A stretch of 63,171 nt of DNA, counting the filler, from Rhabdomonas costata (taxonomy: Eukaryota): assembly GCA_019059605.1 (NCBI GenBank). It is 42 parts of 42 records of this genome, joined end to end, with 100 filler letters (N's around TTAATTAATTAA, not from the genome) between each part and the next. Parts side by side here need not be neighbours in the genome. Positions count along the whole stretch, not along the records: positions 13,563 to 14,969 come from JAHMHO010016833.1; positions 15,070 to 16,476 come from JAHMHO010016834.1; positions 16,577 to 17,983 come from JAHMHO010016835.1; positions 18,084 to 19,487 come from JAHMHO010016836.1; positions 19,588 to 20,994 come from JAHMHO010016837.1; positions 21,095 to 22,501 come from JAHMHO010016838.1; positions 22,602 to 24,007 come from JAHMHO010016839.1; positions 24,108 to 25,514 come from JAHMHO010016840.1; 34 more parts are not named here. One strand, written 5' to 3'. A model generated the notes under the pieces. That model did no database searches. It was not told the origin of the DNA and saw nothing but the letters and a program-made list of their open reading frames with translations. Of the stretch, positions 13,600-24,967 are shown one piece after another; position 1 is the first letter of the stretch, and every line of letters starts with the position of its first letter. The position numbers and the translations under genes were made by a program.

Positions 13600-13674
13600 T
13601 TCCTGGTAGGAATGCTCCAGGTTGCGACGCTGATATTCATACATCTTGAGTTGCCTTTTGAGCTCGCGATTCGC
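13600..13674 (-). CDS. Coiled-coil exon
   Basis: tttcag|ANRELKRQLKMYEYQRRNLEHSYQE|GTGAGA; 75 nt, phase 0-0. Confidence 0.55.
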
Positions 13675-14283
13675 CTGAAAGACACAAAAGTATTTGCAAC
13701 ACAAAAACTCGAACAAAGCTCAGATTCCATGACATCCAAACGTGAAGCAAGAGAGAAACCTTCTCATCTTTTTTCCACGAATCATCCAGAACACCGGTTT
13801 CAGTCCCGGTGACCTTTCGCTGAGGACGGAAGCTCATTTGCTTAGAAAGGCGGACATTTCACGATAAACACATACAGACTCGCAAGATAATCTGACAGAA
13901 ACGGAAAGTATCCATGTCGAAATCACCAAAAAGATAGCAGAAAAAAAGGAGGTGTCCAAAATTCCAGGTGCGCCATTTAACTCCTCCTTTAAAAAACGCG
14001 AAATGTCACAGTGCTGCAGCGTGGCACAGCCTGGTGCACAAATATATCAAGGTATAACCTGCAGGCAGGCTGCTAACATAGTAACATGAAATTACACCAT
14101 TGGTGCGCCGATTCCTAAGGCATCCTAAGGCATCTAGGGTGTCCAAGGCATCGATGGAACCATTCCACCATTGCATATCATCGTCGCACCCAGTATCCAT
14201 GCACTCCCCGGGGTTCATTCGGGGGTTATTCTCCCTGTCCCGGAATCCTCGCATTATATCATCTCTCTTCGTTCTTGCTGCAG

Positions 14284-14394
14284 TCAGCCGGCGGGCACCG
14301 CGGCGGAGGAAGCGGTGTCTTCCAAGAAGAAGCGCCGGCGCGGCGAGGACCAGGCCGCGGAGGAGGAGGACCCCCGTTGGCTCACCCCTTTCAA
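14284..14394 (+). CDS. Exon with NLS-like basic cluster
   Basis: Pyrimidine tract and ctgcag|QPAGTAAEEAVSSKKKRRRGEDQAAEEEDPRWLTPF|GTGAGC; 111 nt, GC3-rich. Confidence 0.6.
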
Positions 14395-14884
14395 GTGAGC
14401 CACGGAGCTAGGGTTCAGAAGGTCGTAGATCTGAGCACATGCACAGAAACGGCGGGGGGGGATTTCTGCTCACGCTTTGGCTTTTCCGCGAGGTGCAGTC
14501 TGCTGTATGCAACCTCAAGTAGCACGCTGTCTTTATAACCGCCTTCTGGGGTCCCGGGAGCAGTACTGGAGCCCTCCGAACGCACGTTTAGCTACTGGGA
14601 GGACAACGCAGGCTTGAGATATTTGGTTACACTGAACTACTCACATTCATTTATTTTTGGGCCCCAACCAAATCCATCCTGCAAGCATGACATGCATCCC
14701 AAACAGAAAGTATCTGCAAAGACTCTTTGCTGCATGCACAATGAAGCACTGGACCTCACGTTAGTTCGCACTGGTGCATAAGAAAACACAGTGAAGTATT
14801 GCTTTTACATTTTGATCCTGCGGAGCTTCAATTTAAAGTGCAACCCATTCGATAATTGCCTTTTCTCCCAACGCAGCACCTTAC

Positions 14885-14960
14885 CTGCTCGCTGTAGAGC
14901 TGAATGTACGAACAGCTGACCTCAAACTTGGCGGAGCCCTGGGCCTCCCTCTCGCGAATC
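14885..14960 (-). CDS. Kinesin motor domain exon
   Basis: IREREAQGSAKFEVSCSYIQLYSEQ|GTAAGG matches the kinesin motif F.V..SY.E/Q.Y.E. Confidence 0.8.
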
Positions 14961-15793
14961 CCCACAAACNNNNNNNNNNNNNNNNNNNNNNNNNNNNNNN
15001 NNNNNNNNNNNNNTTAATTAATTAANNNNNNNNNNNNNNNNNNNNNNNNNNNNNNNNNNNNNNNNNNNNGTTGTGCGTATTCCCCTCCCCCTCCCCAGAA
15101 AGAAAAAGCGGATTTGGTTGTGGGTCATTATAGCATCCGTTGCCATCGTGGGGTGAGGTTAGCAGCAAACAGAAAGGGGATGTGTTGAAGTGTTCTTTCT
15201 TCATTTGGTGCGTGCGGATCCGGGCATTTTTTAATTAATCATGGCGGGGACTGAATCGGGATTTAAAAGGTTTTAAAGCAGTGAAGAAAAACCACGACTC
15301 TGCGTCACCACAGGTTCAGTGAATAGTTCAGTAGCATTACAAATACATGCAACAACGCCGCGTGATGGTGACGGGCAGAAAACTCGTGCGGCGCGCAGTA
15401 CACGGCTCTCACACACAGAGCCTCGGAGAGTGAGAGAAAGAAACGGAAAAGCGGAGGCAGGAAAATGGGTGGAAAACTAACTAAGGATTTTGAACGAGTA
15501 TGGGACGGAAACTCACTTCGAGTTTGATTGAGGGGGGGGATACACGCATGCATTATAACCACGATTGTCATTTCAGAATGCTTGTTCACCCGTACTCAAC
15601 TTTCTCCCTCGACCAATGGACTCCGTTGAACATCCTGCGTAAAGAAGATTCAGACGCACACACACACACACACACACCTGTACCAAATGCCGTTACATCT
15701 GTGATTTTCCACCTTTCCGTTTTGTAGCAAAGCTGAGGTTGGACTACTTCTCTTCAGAGGGAAGTTGTTTTATTCTACGTCCCTCGTTTGCAG

Positions 15794-15918
15794 GCATCAA
15801 GGCCTTCACGCACTACCTGGGATCAGACAAGTTCAAGTGGAAAGCCTATGACGCCACAGAACTCGTGAAGAAGTATAGTGGTCCCAATTTGGAGATCCTC
15901 ATCAGCCAAGGAACCCTG
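15794..15918 (+). CDS. ESD: S-formylglutathione hydrolase (esterase D) exon
   Basis: ttgcag|(G)[47 protein letters not shown]. Confidence 0.9.
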
Positions 15919-17441
15919 GTGTGCCTGCGAAAGACGATAGCTTGCCCTTCCTTCCTTCTCCGCTCAATCTTCCATGTATATCTTCATGGAATTACCCTAC
16001 TATGCCAAACTCCACGCACGGAAACGCAAGCGCCATTTGGTCCTGAAGCAATGTGGTCCAAACCTTGACTCAACATGTGGCTGCATACTCTACCGGTTAC
16101 GTGGGGGGTGGGACACAAAACTTTCGTCCGCTGTTTTTCCTTTAGGGGTATGCTCGTTTTTGAGTGTTACCTCCAGTGCTCGAACCGTGTGATGGTGCAA
16201 GCAATGATCAAGCACCAAGATCACGGCAAAGCAACAGTATAAAGATGGTTGCGCAGAGAGCGATCACAATAATGCAAGCGCTCAGAGGAAAAAGACTGAA
16301 TCACACCAATGGAGGGGGGTGGGACACAAGAGAACAAAAAACAGAATCAATGAGCAAAGAGGAATTAAATATCGAAGCGCTCGGGTCATGACGACAACAA
16401 CCGTGAAGCACGCCACACACACAAGAAAAGCATGCTGCCACCTTTTCCTATCTCCCTGAATACATCACCACAAACANNNNNNNNNNNNNNNNNNNNNNNN
16501 NNNNNNNNNNNNNNNNNNNNTTAATTAATTAANNNNNNNNNNNNNNNNNNNNNNNNNNNNNNNNNNNNNNNNNNNNCGCCGAGGCCAAGACATGGTGGGG
16601 CACGAGAGGCAGAGGGAGCGCGATGAAAGAAGTGGTGGTTGGTTGTTTGGTTGGTGGAAACACTATATACCTCGTTCACGTCACCACTCCACAGACAGAC
16701 ACATTTTGCAGTTCAGTAACAGTTTGACACCTCGCCGAAAAAGGCAAGCTCCATCTCGTGGGAGCAGCCTCATGCCCTTCGACACGCATGTTGACGGGAC
16801 ATAACCCAGATAATCAGGATGTCTCCTTCTCCGCAAGCGGGTGACTGCAAGAGAGTCGACATTCTTTTAGCCGCATCCCTTCTTCGGCGTGGCCCTGAAG
16901 GGCCCAAACAACCCAGTGAACAATTCCCGGGAAGCGGGGAGTGCCGCAGGAAACGAGCATGATACAAGCTACCAGCTCACGATCACTTGGGTCATCTCTC
17001 TGTGGAAGAGTAAGCAGTATACATGCTCCCTATGTGTTTTACAAAAATGAGCAATGTCAAGGTGTACTTGCATAAAAATATGGCCTGTGCCACGCCAAAA
17101 AGTGAGTGGCTAAAATACACATAAAAATGACAGTCGATTGAAGAAAAAGGAACCCAGCTTCGAACGCAAAAGAAACAACTGTGCAGTCAAGGTTTACATT
17201 GGAAGCCATATTACCGTCCAAAAACCCTCTGGAGGTTCAAAACCTGATTTTTGGTAATAGGTAATTTTTCATCTCTTACTTTTGACGTTTGCCGGGCAAT
17301 ATCAGATTTCCGTACCACAGGGACGATATAACGCACCACAGCGCGGGTAAACACACGCATACCGCACATGCAGGCCAAGCGAAAAAGTCCGCAAGAATGA
17401 CTCGATCCGCAGCTACTTAAAATATCTTCAGTGCATTTCAG

Positions 17442-17710
17442 TCCCCAAGGCAGATCACGGAATGGAGAGCGGTGGACAAACCACAGCCGCCTTCGAGCTC
17501 TGGGCCGCTTGGCTGAGGCATTCTGGGGAGGCAGCCATATCGCACGCTGCTGTACCTGGCAGAGTAGGTCCTTTCTTCACGACAGCCGCCCTGCCGTGGG
17601 TTTGCCAGAGGAGTTCTGAGCTGTTGGGGGAAGCAATCGTGCAGCACTCCCTCCTTGCTGGGCTTGGGATCTTCACGGCTAAGCCCTGGGCCCAAAGCGG
17701 AGCCCAGTAA
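17442..17710 (+). CDS. Probable terminal exon, unknown protein
   Basis: tttcag acceptor, then an open frame ...AAFELWAAWLRHSGE...LLAGLGIFTAKPWAQSGAQ*. Confidence 0.45.
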
Positions 17711-17745
17711 TCCCTCTCACCGTCAGTGTGGGAAGCGCCCTTCCT

Positions 17746-17901
17746 TCATTGACGGGGACTGCTGGTGGAGGGTATGGGGAGGGCCTGGCTGAGGGGCTGA
17801 AGGTACTCCCACTGAGTGAAGCGGTTCATCCAGACATGGGTCCGGGGAGAGGGCCGGGGGGTCGCCTCTGCGGGCGCCGCGCGGCCCCCGTACAGGGAGC
17901 C
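17746..17901 (-). CDS. Probable terminal exon, unknown protein
   Basis: Long pyrimidine tract, then cag|GSLYGGRAAPAEATPRPSPRTHVWMNRFTQWEYLQPLSQALPIPSTSSPRQ*. Confidence 0.55.
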   Translation of the reverse strand, partial: GSLYGGRAAPAEATPRPSPRTHVWMNRFTQWEYLQPLSQALPIPSTSSPRQ

Positions 17902-18124
17902 CTGGTTGTTGTGTGGAGAAAACACGAAAAAAAAAAAAAGAAAGAAAGAAAGAAAGGCACATTCAAAAATACTACCCAAACAANNNNNNNNNNNNNNNNN
18001 NNNNNNNNNNNNNNNNNNNNNNNNNNNTTAATTAATTAANNNNNNNNNNNNNNNNNNNNNNNNNNNNNNNNNNNNNNNNNNNNGTTGTGTAGGGCTGTCA
18101 ACAGTTGAAGACCGCCCCAGCCGA

Positions 18125-19288
18125 TCATCGACCGCCACTGCCCTTCTTCCGAGCGGGCTGGCCGGGCTTGAAGAAGCTGACGTAGGTGCCCACCGTCTCG
18201 CGGTCCCTCTTGCTGTACGTCACGAAGTCCAGGCTCTTCAGCTTGGGCAGGGCCCACAGCACGAAGAAGCGGTAGTTCTTGGTGTTCTCAATGGGGTTGC
18301 TGTTGGGGTCAGGAAGTACAGCTCCTCCAGGGGCTTCAGCTTATGCACCTCCTCAACCTTTTTTTATTTCCAGAAATTATCCGTTTTCTTTTAATTCTTC
18401 TAATTGCCTTTGCTTTCGGTCAGCATACGCTGCGAAAAACATAGGATCACAGGTCTCGGAAAAACCATACATCCCCTGCAAGAACAACATCAAATTCTTG
18501 GGGCACGTTGCATTGTCCTCCCTGTGAGAATCCCAGGGGGAAGTCGGAATCACCAAAATCACCAAAGGCAACGAACATTTTATGATGGGGGACAATGGAC
18601 ATGAAGAGTGCTGTGGGGAAAGAAATGGGGCATGGCGCGTGAAAGAAGGGCAGAGCAAGGGCGTACATCTTTGATGGCATTGGCATGAAGGTACAGCACG
18701 GCAAGGTGGGTCAGCTCAGCTAAGCAACCGGGGATCGACGTGAGGAGGTTCAGGCTGAGATCCAGAGAGGTGATGGTCTTCACAGAATCAATAACGACGA
18801 CCTGCCCCCCAAACCCCAAGATGAGAAGGGTCACAGCGGTAACAATTGCCCAACCCGCGAACTGCAGGGGTGCTGGGCCCAAGGAAGTGGCCGAGTCCGA
18901 GAAGCAGCTTGAGCTTTGAAAAAATGTCCTGTTAGGGCGATATGCTGTCATGACAGCTATGACAACGGGTGATGCCGGAATTCCACATTGCTGCTAGCAA
19001 CTGCTCAAGAGCAATCAAAGGAAGCTTTTCATTTTGATGCGCATCTCTCCTGGCGGTCTTGACTATGTTTGCTCCGAAAAGGCGCTCTTTTGCGAGGAAA
19101 CGTTTCATGTGTGCAAATGGGGGGTGGAGGGGTCAGTCTACCTTGAGGACGGAGGTGAGGCTGGAGGCATCGGCGAGGCGGTTGTTGCCCAGCTTCACAG
19201 AAGAGGTGATGTATTGCACGGCGTTCTGCATGGCTTCCTCCGTCTCGGGCTCCCCGCTTCCCCCAGAAGGACCCTTCTTCAGGGAATC
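18125..19288 (-). CDS. LRRC51: LRRC51-like leucine-rich repeat protein (3 exons, one apparent 1-nt deletion)
   Basis: Exons 19288-19142, 18801-18667 and 18357-18125, all phase 0, read SVKLGNNRL...SLDLSLNLLTSI...LAVLYLHANAIKDVEEVHKL..LYFLT[L]NSNPIENTKNYRFFVLWALPKLKSLDF. Confidence 0.8.
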
Positions 19289-19619
19289 CTGCAGACCAAC
19301 AAACCAAGGGAGCCCAACTAGCGCTTACGAATGATCCTTCCCCCCACAACCCCATAAACCTTAAAAATTGATCATTCCGGAGTCACTGGCATTCTCATTT
19401 CCGTGCAGGAAATAAAAATTTCAAACCATCACTTGTTTAGTGGTGCTAAATGTTTGCACTGGCAAACCTGCACACCCCCCAACACCCNNNNNNNNNNNNN
19501 NNNNNNNNNNNNNNNNNNNNNNNNNNNNNNNTTAATTAATTAANNNNNNNNNNNNNNNNNNNNNNNNNNNNNNNNNNNNNNNNNNNNGTGTTGGTGTGTT
19601 GGGTGGTGGGTTGCAGCAG

Positions 19620-20940
19620 GAGTGGGAGCTCGCCGAGCTCAGGTTGCAGCGACTGGCTGTGGTTCAGCAAGAGCTGGAGGTGCGCTGCACAGGATGGCAT
19701 ATGATTCTCCAATGGGCATCATCAGCTCGCTGCTACGAGAGGATGAGAGGACGATGCTGATTTCCAATGATCCAATAATGTTGCAAATAAAATGCAAAAT
19801 GCTGTTCGGATTGGTCGGTATCGATCTAAATCTGTTGGTGAAAGTGTATCCAATATTCGTGCACCCAGTGCAGTGAGAAGGCAGCTCTGGCAGGTCTCTT
19901 ATACTCGCATATGGTTCGACCTCCACAGGTGCTCAGAGCGCAGGGGGCCGAAGAGCGTGAGCAGAGGCGCCAGCAGGTGGAGCAGGCCAGCGTGGAGGAG
20001 ACTCTGCGGCTGGAACGGGTGCGTGGATCGGCGGGGGTGAGGAGGGGAGCGGCACATCCCAATTAACCCATTCACTGAGCTGATTGTGTGTGGTGGCTAT
20101 GGTTCAGTTTGCATTTGTGCTCATGGGGCAGTGCACGTCAGCAGGTGCAAAGGTTGTTCCGAGTCGATAAGGACTACAGAGCACCGGTCCCCGCCTGCGT
20201 TCAAGCTTCTTCACGTTTCCATTTTATGTGGTCGCAGGCACTGCAGGGCGGTCTTGGCCCAACGGAAGTTGGGTCGGGGGGGGGGGATAACAGCCAACCT
20301 CCATTGCACCGTGCTTTGTTTCTGCTTCAGCCGTCCCTTTTTGTTTGTGGTTGCGGGTTCCAGAAGCTTGCTGCTCTTCGAACCAAAGCTGCGGAAGAGT
20401 TTACCGAGGCGCGCGAGAAGCAACAGGCGGAGCTGCAAGCGGAGCGGGTCGCACAGCGGGAGCTGCTGCGGTGTGGGGGTGCTCCCAGAAGAGTTCCTCA
20501 GTCCCCCTGTCCCATGACGGTCTCACGTCTCACGGACGTATTTCTGAAAAGCGCTCTTTGCCATTTTCACTGACCATCCCGTGCTTTGCGTCTTTTCACG
20601 ATAATCGGCCGATGCTTCACTGTCGCACTGTAATTTTGCTCTGCCGCTCTGCCGATCCCCATTACCACCCGCCAAGTCGCCAAGTGCATGCTTTCGGTAG
20701 TCAGCGTCAACTCCAGTCCAGTTTGTAAAATTCTTATCTGCATTGTTACTTGCTGCTACTGCGGCTGCTTCCAGTTTACACGACGTTGTAGTTGATTGGA
20801 GGTAACGTGAAACTCGGTGTTTACTTTTTGAAAATTCTTCAGCTCTGAAGTTCGCGATGAGGTTGAGAAGGAAGTTCGCGTGGAGATGTCTGCCCTTACT
20901 GCCAGCAAAGTGGCTGAGATGGAGGACTCTCTCAGAAAAG
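19620..20940 (+). CDS. Multi-exon coiled-coil protein
   Basis: At least four (possibly six) GT/AG-bounded exons rich in E/Q/R, e.g. EWELAELRLQRLAVVQQELE, KLAALRTKAAEEFTEAREKQQAELQ and SEVRDEVEKEVRVEM. Confidence 0.65.
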
Positions 20941-21104
20941 GTCGACGCTCTCCCACTCCTCTCCCTCCACTCCCCTGGTTGTGACCCCAACACCNNNNNN
21001 NNNNNNNNNNNNNNNNNNNNNNNNNNNNNNNNNNNNNNTTAATTAATTAANNNNNNNNNNNNNNNNNNNNNNNNNNNNNNNNNNNNNNNNNNNNGTGGTT
21101 TCTG

Positions 21105-22241
21105 CGTGCCTCTTGCAGGGCCTTCTTCACGGGGTGCACCAGGTAAGCACCGGGAGAGCCCTGCACGCAGTGCGGCGGGAAGGGCCCGGGCTTTCCTTGG
21201 CTGTCCTTGCTCGTGTTGAACGAGACGTGGTCTGGAAAAGATCCAAAACAACGGTAAGGCACAAGCAAATCCGGAGGGTCGTTGTGTTGAAGCCGAAGCG
21301 CCTCGGGGTCTTCATTTTTGACTGTGCATTTGAGGCGAAAAGGATGCGAGGCCGTTGGACGTGACACCAATAGTTTGCTGGAGAGGCGGCGAGCAAGGGG
21401 GTACCAGCTCGTTACCATACCAGCATTGACAAAAGCCTTTTTTCGTACAACTCCACACTAATATGGTGGGCTGAATCAGTGGATCGTGTAACCGCTACAT
21501 TGAGGACGATCGCATCTATATACGGTCATACGACTCCACGTTAAATTTCGCCCCACAAACCATCCTCTGAGTTTCCAGGTGTAACCCTCCGTATATGGAT
21601 GCCGAATCGAAAAGACAGATCTGCGGAAGGGTGACTGGGGGACGACAACCTTACCCTGTCAAAGCTCCCTTTCAAATCCCTCCCCTCTCACACCCCCCTT
21701 TTTTCGTCAAAGAGGACCAGTAGTTGAGCTTCATGCCGGGCTCGAGTTATTCGAAATACCAGTGCGACCTTCCAAGCTAACAGAATTTATGAGAACGTCT
21801 GGATAATGCAATCCAGGGGCATCCAAAAATCGTCCACGGTCCAATGTCTCCGGAACTTTTATTCACTGCAAAATCTATCTAGGCGCAACGCTACCATGAC
21901 TCCCGGAAAACAGTTTCCCGGAAAAACAGCCAATGCACATACAGATGAAATGTACCCAGGCTGCGCGTGTCTTAGGTTAGTGAGGTGAGTGAGTGAGTGA
22001 GTGAGCGAGTGAGTTTGTCGTCTTATCATCGAGCAAGCATAAAAAAGCGAACAAACAACAAACACACCTGTCCCTACGCCAAAGAAGAAAACGTGCACAC
22101 ATGGACGGGCGGGGAAACACGGGCCCACACACACGCCTTTGGGATGGTAGTCCCTGGTCGCGATGATCGTGGCCCCAACCTTGGAGGCCTGCTCGATAAG
22201 CCTGACAACCTCCATGGACACACGGGCCCCTCCAAGCACAG
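21105..22241 (-). CDS. PNC1: Nicotinamidase (isochorismatase family), 2 exons
   Basis: Exons 22241-22137 and 21231-~21105 give IIATRDYHPKDHVSF...FPPHCVQGSPGA, the PncA metal-binding motifs. Confidence 0.85.
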
Positions 22242-23911
22242 CTGTGAAGGGAACGCACAATGGGAGAAAGCGTTTTTGGCGCTATAGCCTGTGCAAATGT
22301 CAGCGAGGCCTGTGAAGTGGCAGCCCGTTCGCCGCATCGCTGTAGTCTCACCACGAGCTCAAACCGAATGGGGTGCGAACGCAACACGCGTCGCAGAGCA
22401 AACTGCGTCAGGCAACCTATGTCAGCAAACATTACAAGTACGCTAGAGCTCGCCCTCAGCAGGGAATGGGTTCTTTCCTTTGAACATTTCCCCAACACCC
22501 CNNNNNNNNNNNNNNNNNNNNNNNNNNNNNNNNNNNNNNNNNNNNTTAATTAATTAANNNNNNNNNNNNNNNNNNNNNNNNNNNNNNNNNNNNNNNNNNN
22601 NTTGTGTGGTGCCTGAAAACCCTTCAAGCGCAAAGCTAAGGGCATTTGCTTTGTGGATTGGGTTTGGTTGTACCGATTTCCGTATTGTCCATGGGTGCCC
22701 TCTTGTCCCTTCATCACTTTTTTTTTGCGCTGCATGGGCTTTCCTGTTGTTTTGTGTATGTTTGTGCTGGTTTATACTATACTTGTTGACTTTGTGGTTT
22801 GGCATGTGTTATGTCACTGCAGCGTTTCAATTGCTAATATTCCGTTTGCCTGGAATATACCGTGGGCATCCATTGAGGGGTCTATCCCGAGCAGAGGTGG
22901 TTGCTGAAGTTGTTAATGTTGTGATCCCGCTGCTTGGGCAGTGAATGCCTCTCACCGGTCTGTCAAGGCCGTAACGGGCGGCCTGTATCTGCTGGGTTGT
23001 TTTGTCTTCCAAATGTGGCTGATCTCTGGTCACTCGGAACAATCAAAGAGTTATGGGCTCTCCCTAGCTTTTCGTCGATTTGAACGAATAATGTCAAGGA
23101 AATACTAGGGGGTTGCTTGAGCCGAATCTTTTCACGCCAGCCAACGACGTTGACTTTCAATTGTGGACCTGTTTTGGAAAAGTGGGGGAGAGGGAGACGG
23201 GTGTAATAGGACGCTTTGTTTTGGTGCAGAGCTTTTGCATTGCTTTTTTAGGGCGTTCTGTTTGCTTCTTTTTTTTGTGAATTGCTTTTGACCAGACAGT
23301 GGTTGACTGATCTGACTTTGTCTTTTGGCACGCACGCACGTTCTTTATTTTTGATCTGAGCTTGTTTCTTGCTGAACCTCCGCCTGCCGCTTCTTGAGGT
23401 GCTTTTTGTGACATGACTTCTGCCGCTGGAGCGATCTCGCAAAAAGGTGTGAATACTCTTGGCGCATCCTGTGAAAGCGACATATACCTATTATCTTGTC
23501 TCGGTTTTCTGCTGAGCAATCTTTCCTTCGGAAGCCTCTCTTCATCGTTTTTTTCTAGAAGCCACTGCACTCATGTGGGGAACGAACTGTCCTTGAGACC
23601 CATTCACGTGCTGTCGATGGAAAGGGGCCCTGCAGTTAAACACTTTTAGAATGAGTTCTTTCGGACAATGTATACACAGAAACAGCGTCAAGTGCAGAAA
23701 GTCCACATATATTGTCCGCGCCACCTTAAGGACGAGAGGTACTCTGAAGGAGGAAGCTTGTTTGGTGGGAATAGGTATCTTCGCAAACGGCGCAGTGAAG
23801 AGACTACCTATCGACGTGGTTTTCTCTTATGGCACGCGACTTAATGGGGTGTTTCACGAAATTTTCAGGCTCTTTCAGACCTAAATGAGTGTCATTGCAT
23901 CTCGTCTTTGA

Positions 23912-24000
23912 GGTACCGTGGTCATTTTTTGCCGTATTATTGTCTCAGATGTAACTCTCACTTTTGAGATGACCTGCGGCAAAAAAATGACCACGGTACC
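23912..24000. repeat. Contig-terminal inverted repeat (likely amplification fold-back)
   Basis: GGTACCGTGGTCA-T6-GCCG pairs with CGGC-A7-TGACCACGGTACC directly before the A/C tail. Confidence 0.8.
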
Positions 24001-24126
24001 CCAAACCNNNNNNNNNNNNNNNNNNNNNNNNNNNNNNNNNNNNNNNNNNNNTTAATTAATTAANNNNNNNNNNNNNNNNNNNNNNNNNNNNNNNNNNNNN
24101 NNNNNNNAGTGCATTCTTTGCAACAG

Positions 24127-24967
24127 GGCTTGCTGAAGGACACTGGAGAGATGGTGTCGTTGAGGCACTTTTGCCTTGCTCCAGCAACGCCGCCATCCCC
24201 AGAGTCGGCGAGGGGTCGGGGCGTTGCCCTGGCGGGGCAGCCTCTACAGCTGCAAGATGGGGTGCGAGCTGAGGTTGCCGTACTGCGGCAGTGCTCGCAC
24301 CCCAATATCGTTTCACTGCGGGGACTGGACCATGAAGGTGTGTGCGTGTGTGTGTCTTGTGAGTGTGCAGGAGTGTATGTGTGTGAGCGTGTGTCCTGTG
24401 AGTGTGTCTGAGCGGAGGTCGTTCCGGGTCTTCCTCTCACCGCAGAAGGATAGTTTTTCATCTTTCCAACACATTTTTACAGACGAGAGGTGTAAGGGCG
24501 TTTTTGGGCCCCGTCCGTAATCTTCGTTTCCTTTCCCTTTCCCGAAGCCCCCCGTACACCGCTTGCGTTACATGGTTCGCTGTGCGGATTTCTGCTGTGT
24601 CTTGTTTGCTGTGTGGTCCTGACTCGTGAAGAGGCCTTATTTCGCCAGGGAGACGATCGGTGAGTGCTATCTTTTTTTTCGATAAGCTTTGTTCTCGCTT
24701 GTTTTTATTGGCTTGTTCTTGAGAAGAAAATGAGCAAAAAAAAAAGCATTGAATTGGAGAAGGGGGGATTCCCCATCATGTAAACCCTTCTCGTTCGCCC
24801 CCGCTTTCACTGGGAGCTGCTTCAGTTGCCGTGTATGGCGCTTTGGCGCAGGGCCTCACCTGTTCATTGTCCTGGAGCCCGTGGCGCACTCCGTGCAGAG
24901 CATGCTGGAGGAGTTCGGGCCCTTCTCAGAGAACACCGCGCGGTGCTTCACTACCCAAGCTCTGCAG
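24127..24967 (+). CDS. STE/MAP3K-like protein kinase N-lobe (possible pseudokinase)
   Basis: Exons 24127-24337 and 24852-24967 join in phase 1: GLLKDTGEMVSLR...RAEVAVLRQCSHPNIVSLRGLDHEGPHLFIVLEPV...LEEFGPFSENTARCFTTQALQ. Confidence 0.85.

Noticed and set aside
18377-18475. Alternative terminal exon inside LRRC51 intron 2
   Set aside because: It has an acceptor-like ttgcag, but the codons are AT-rich and there is no recognisable homology.
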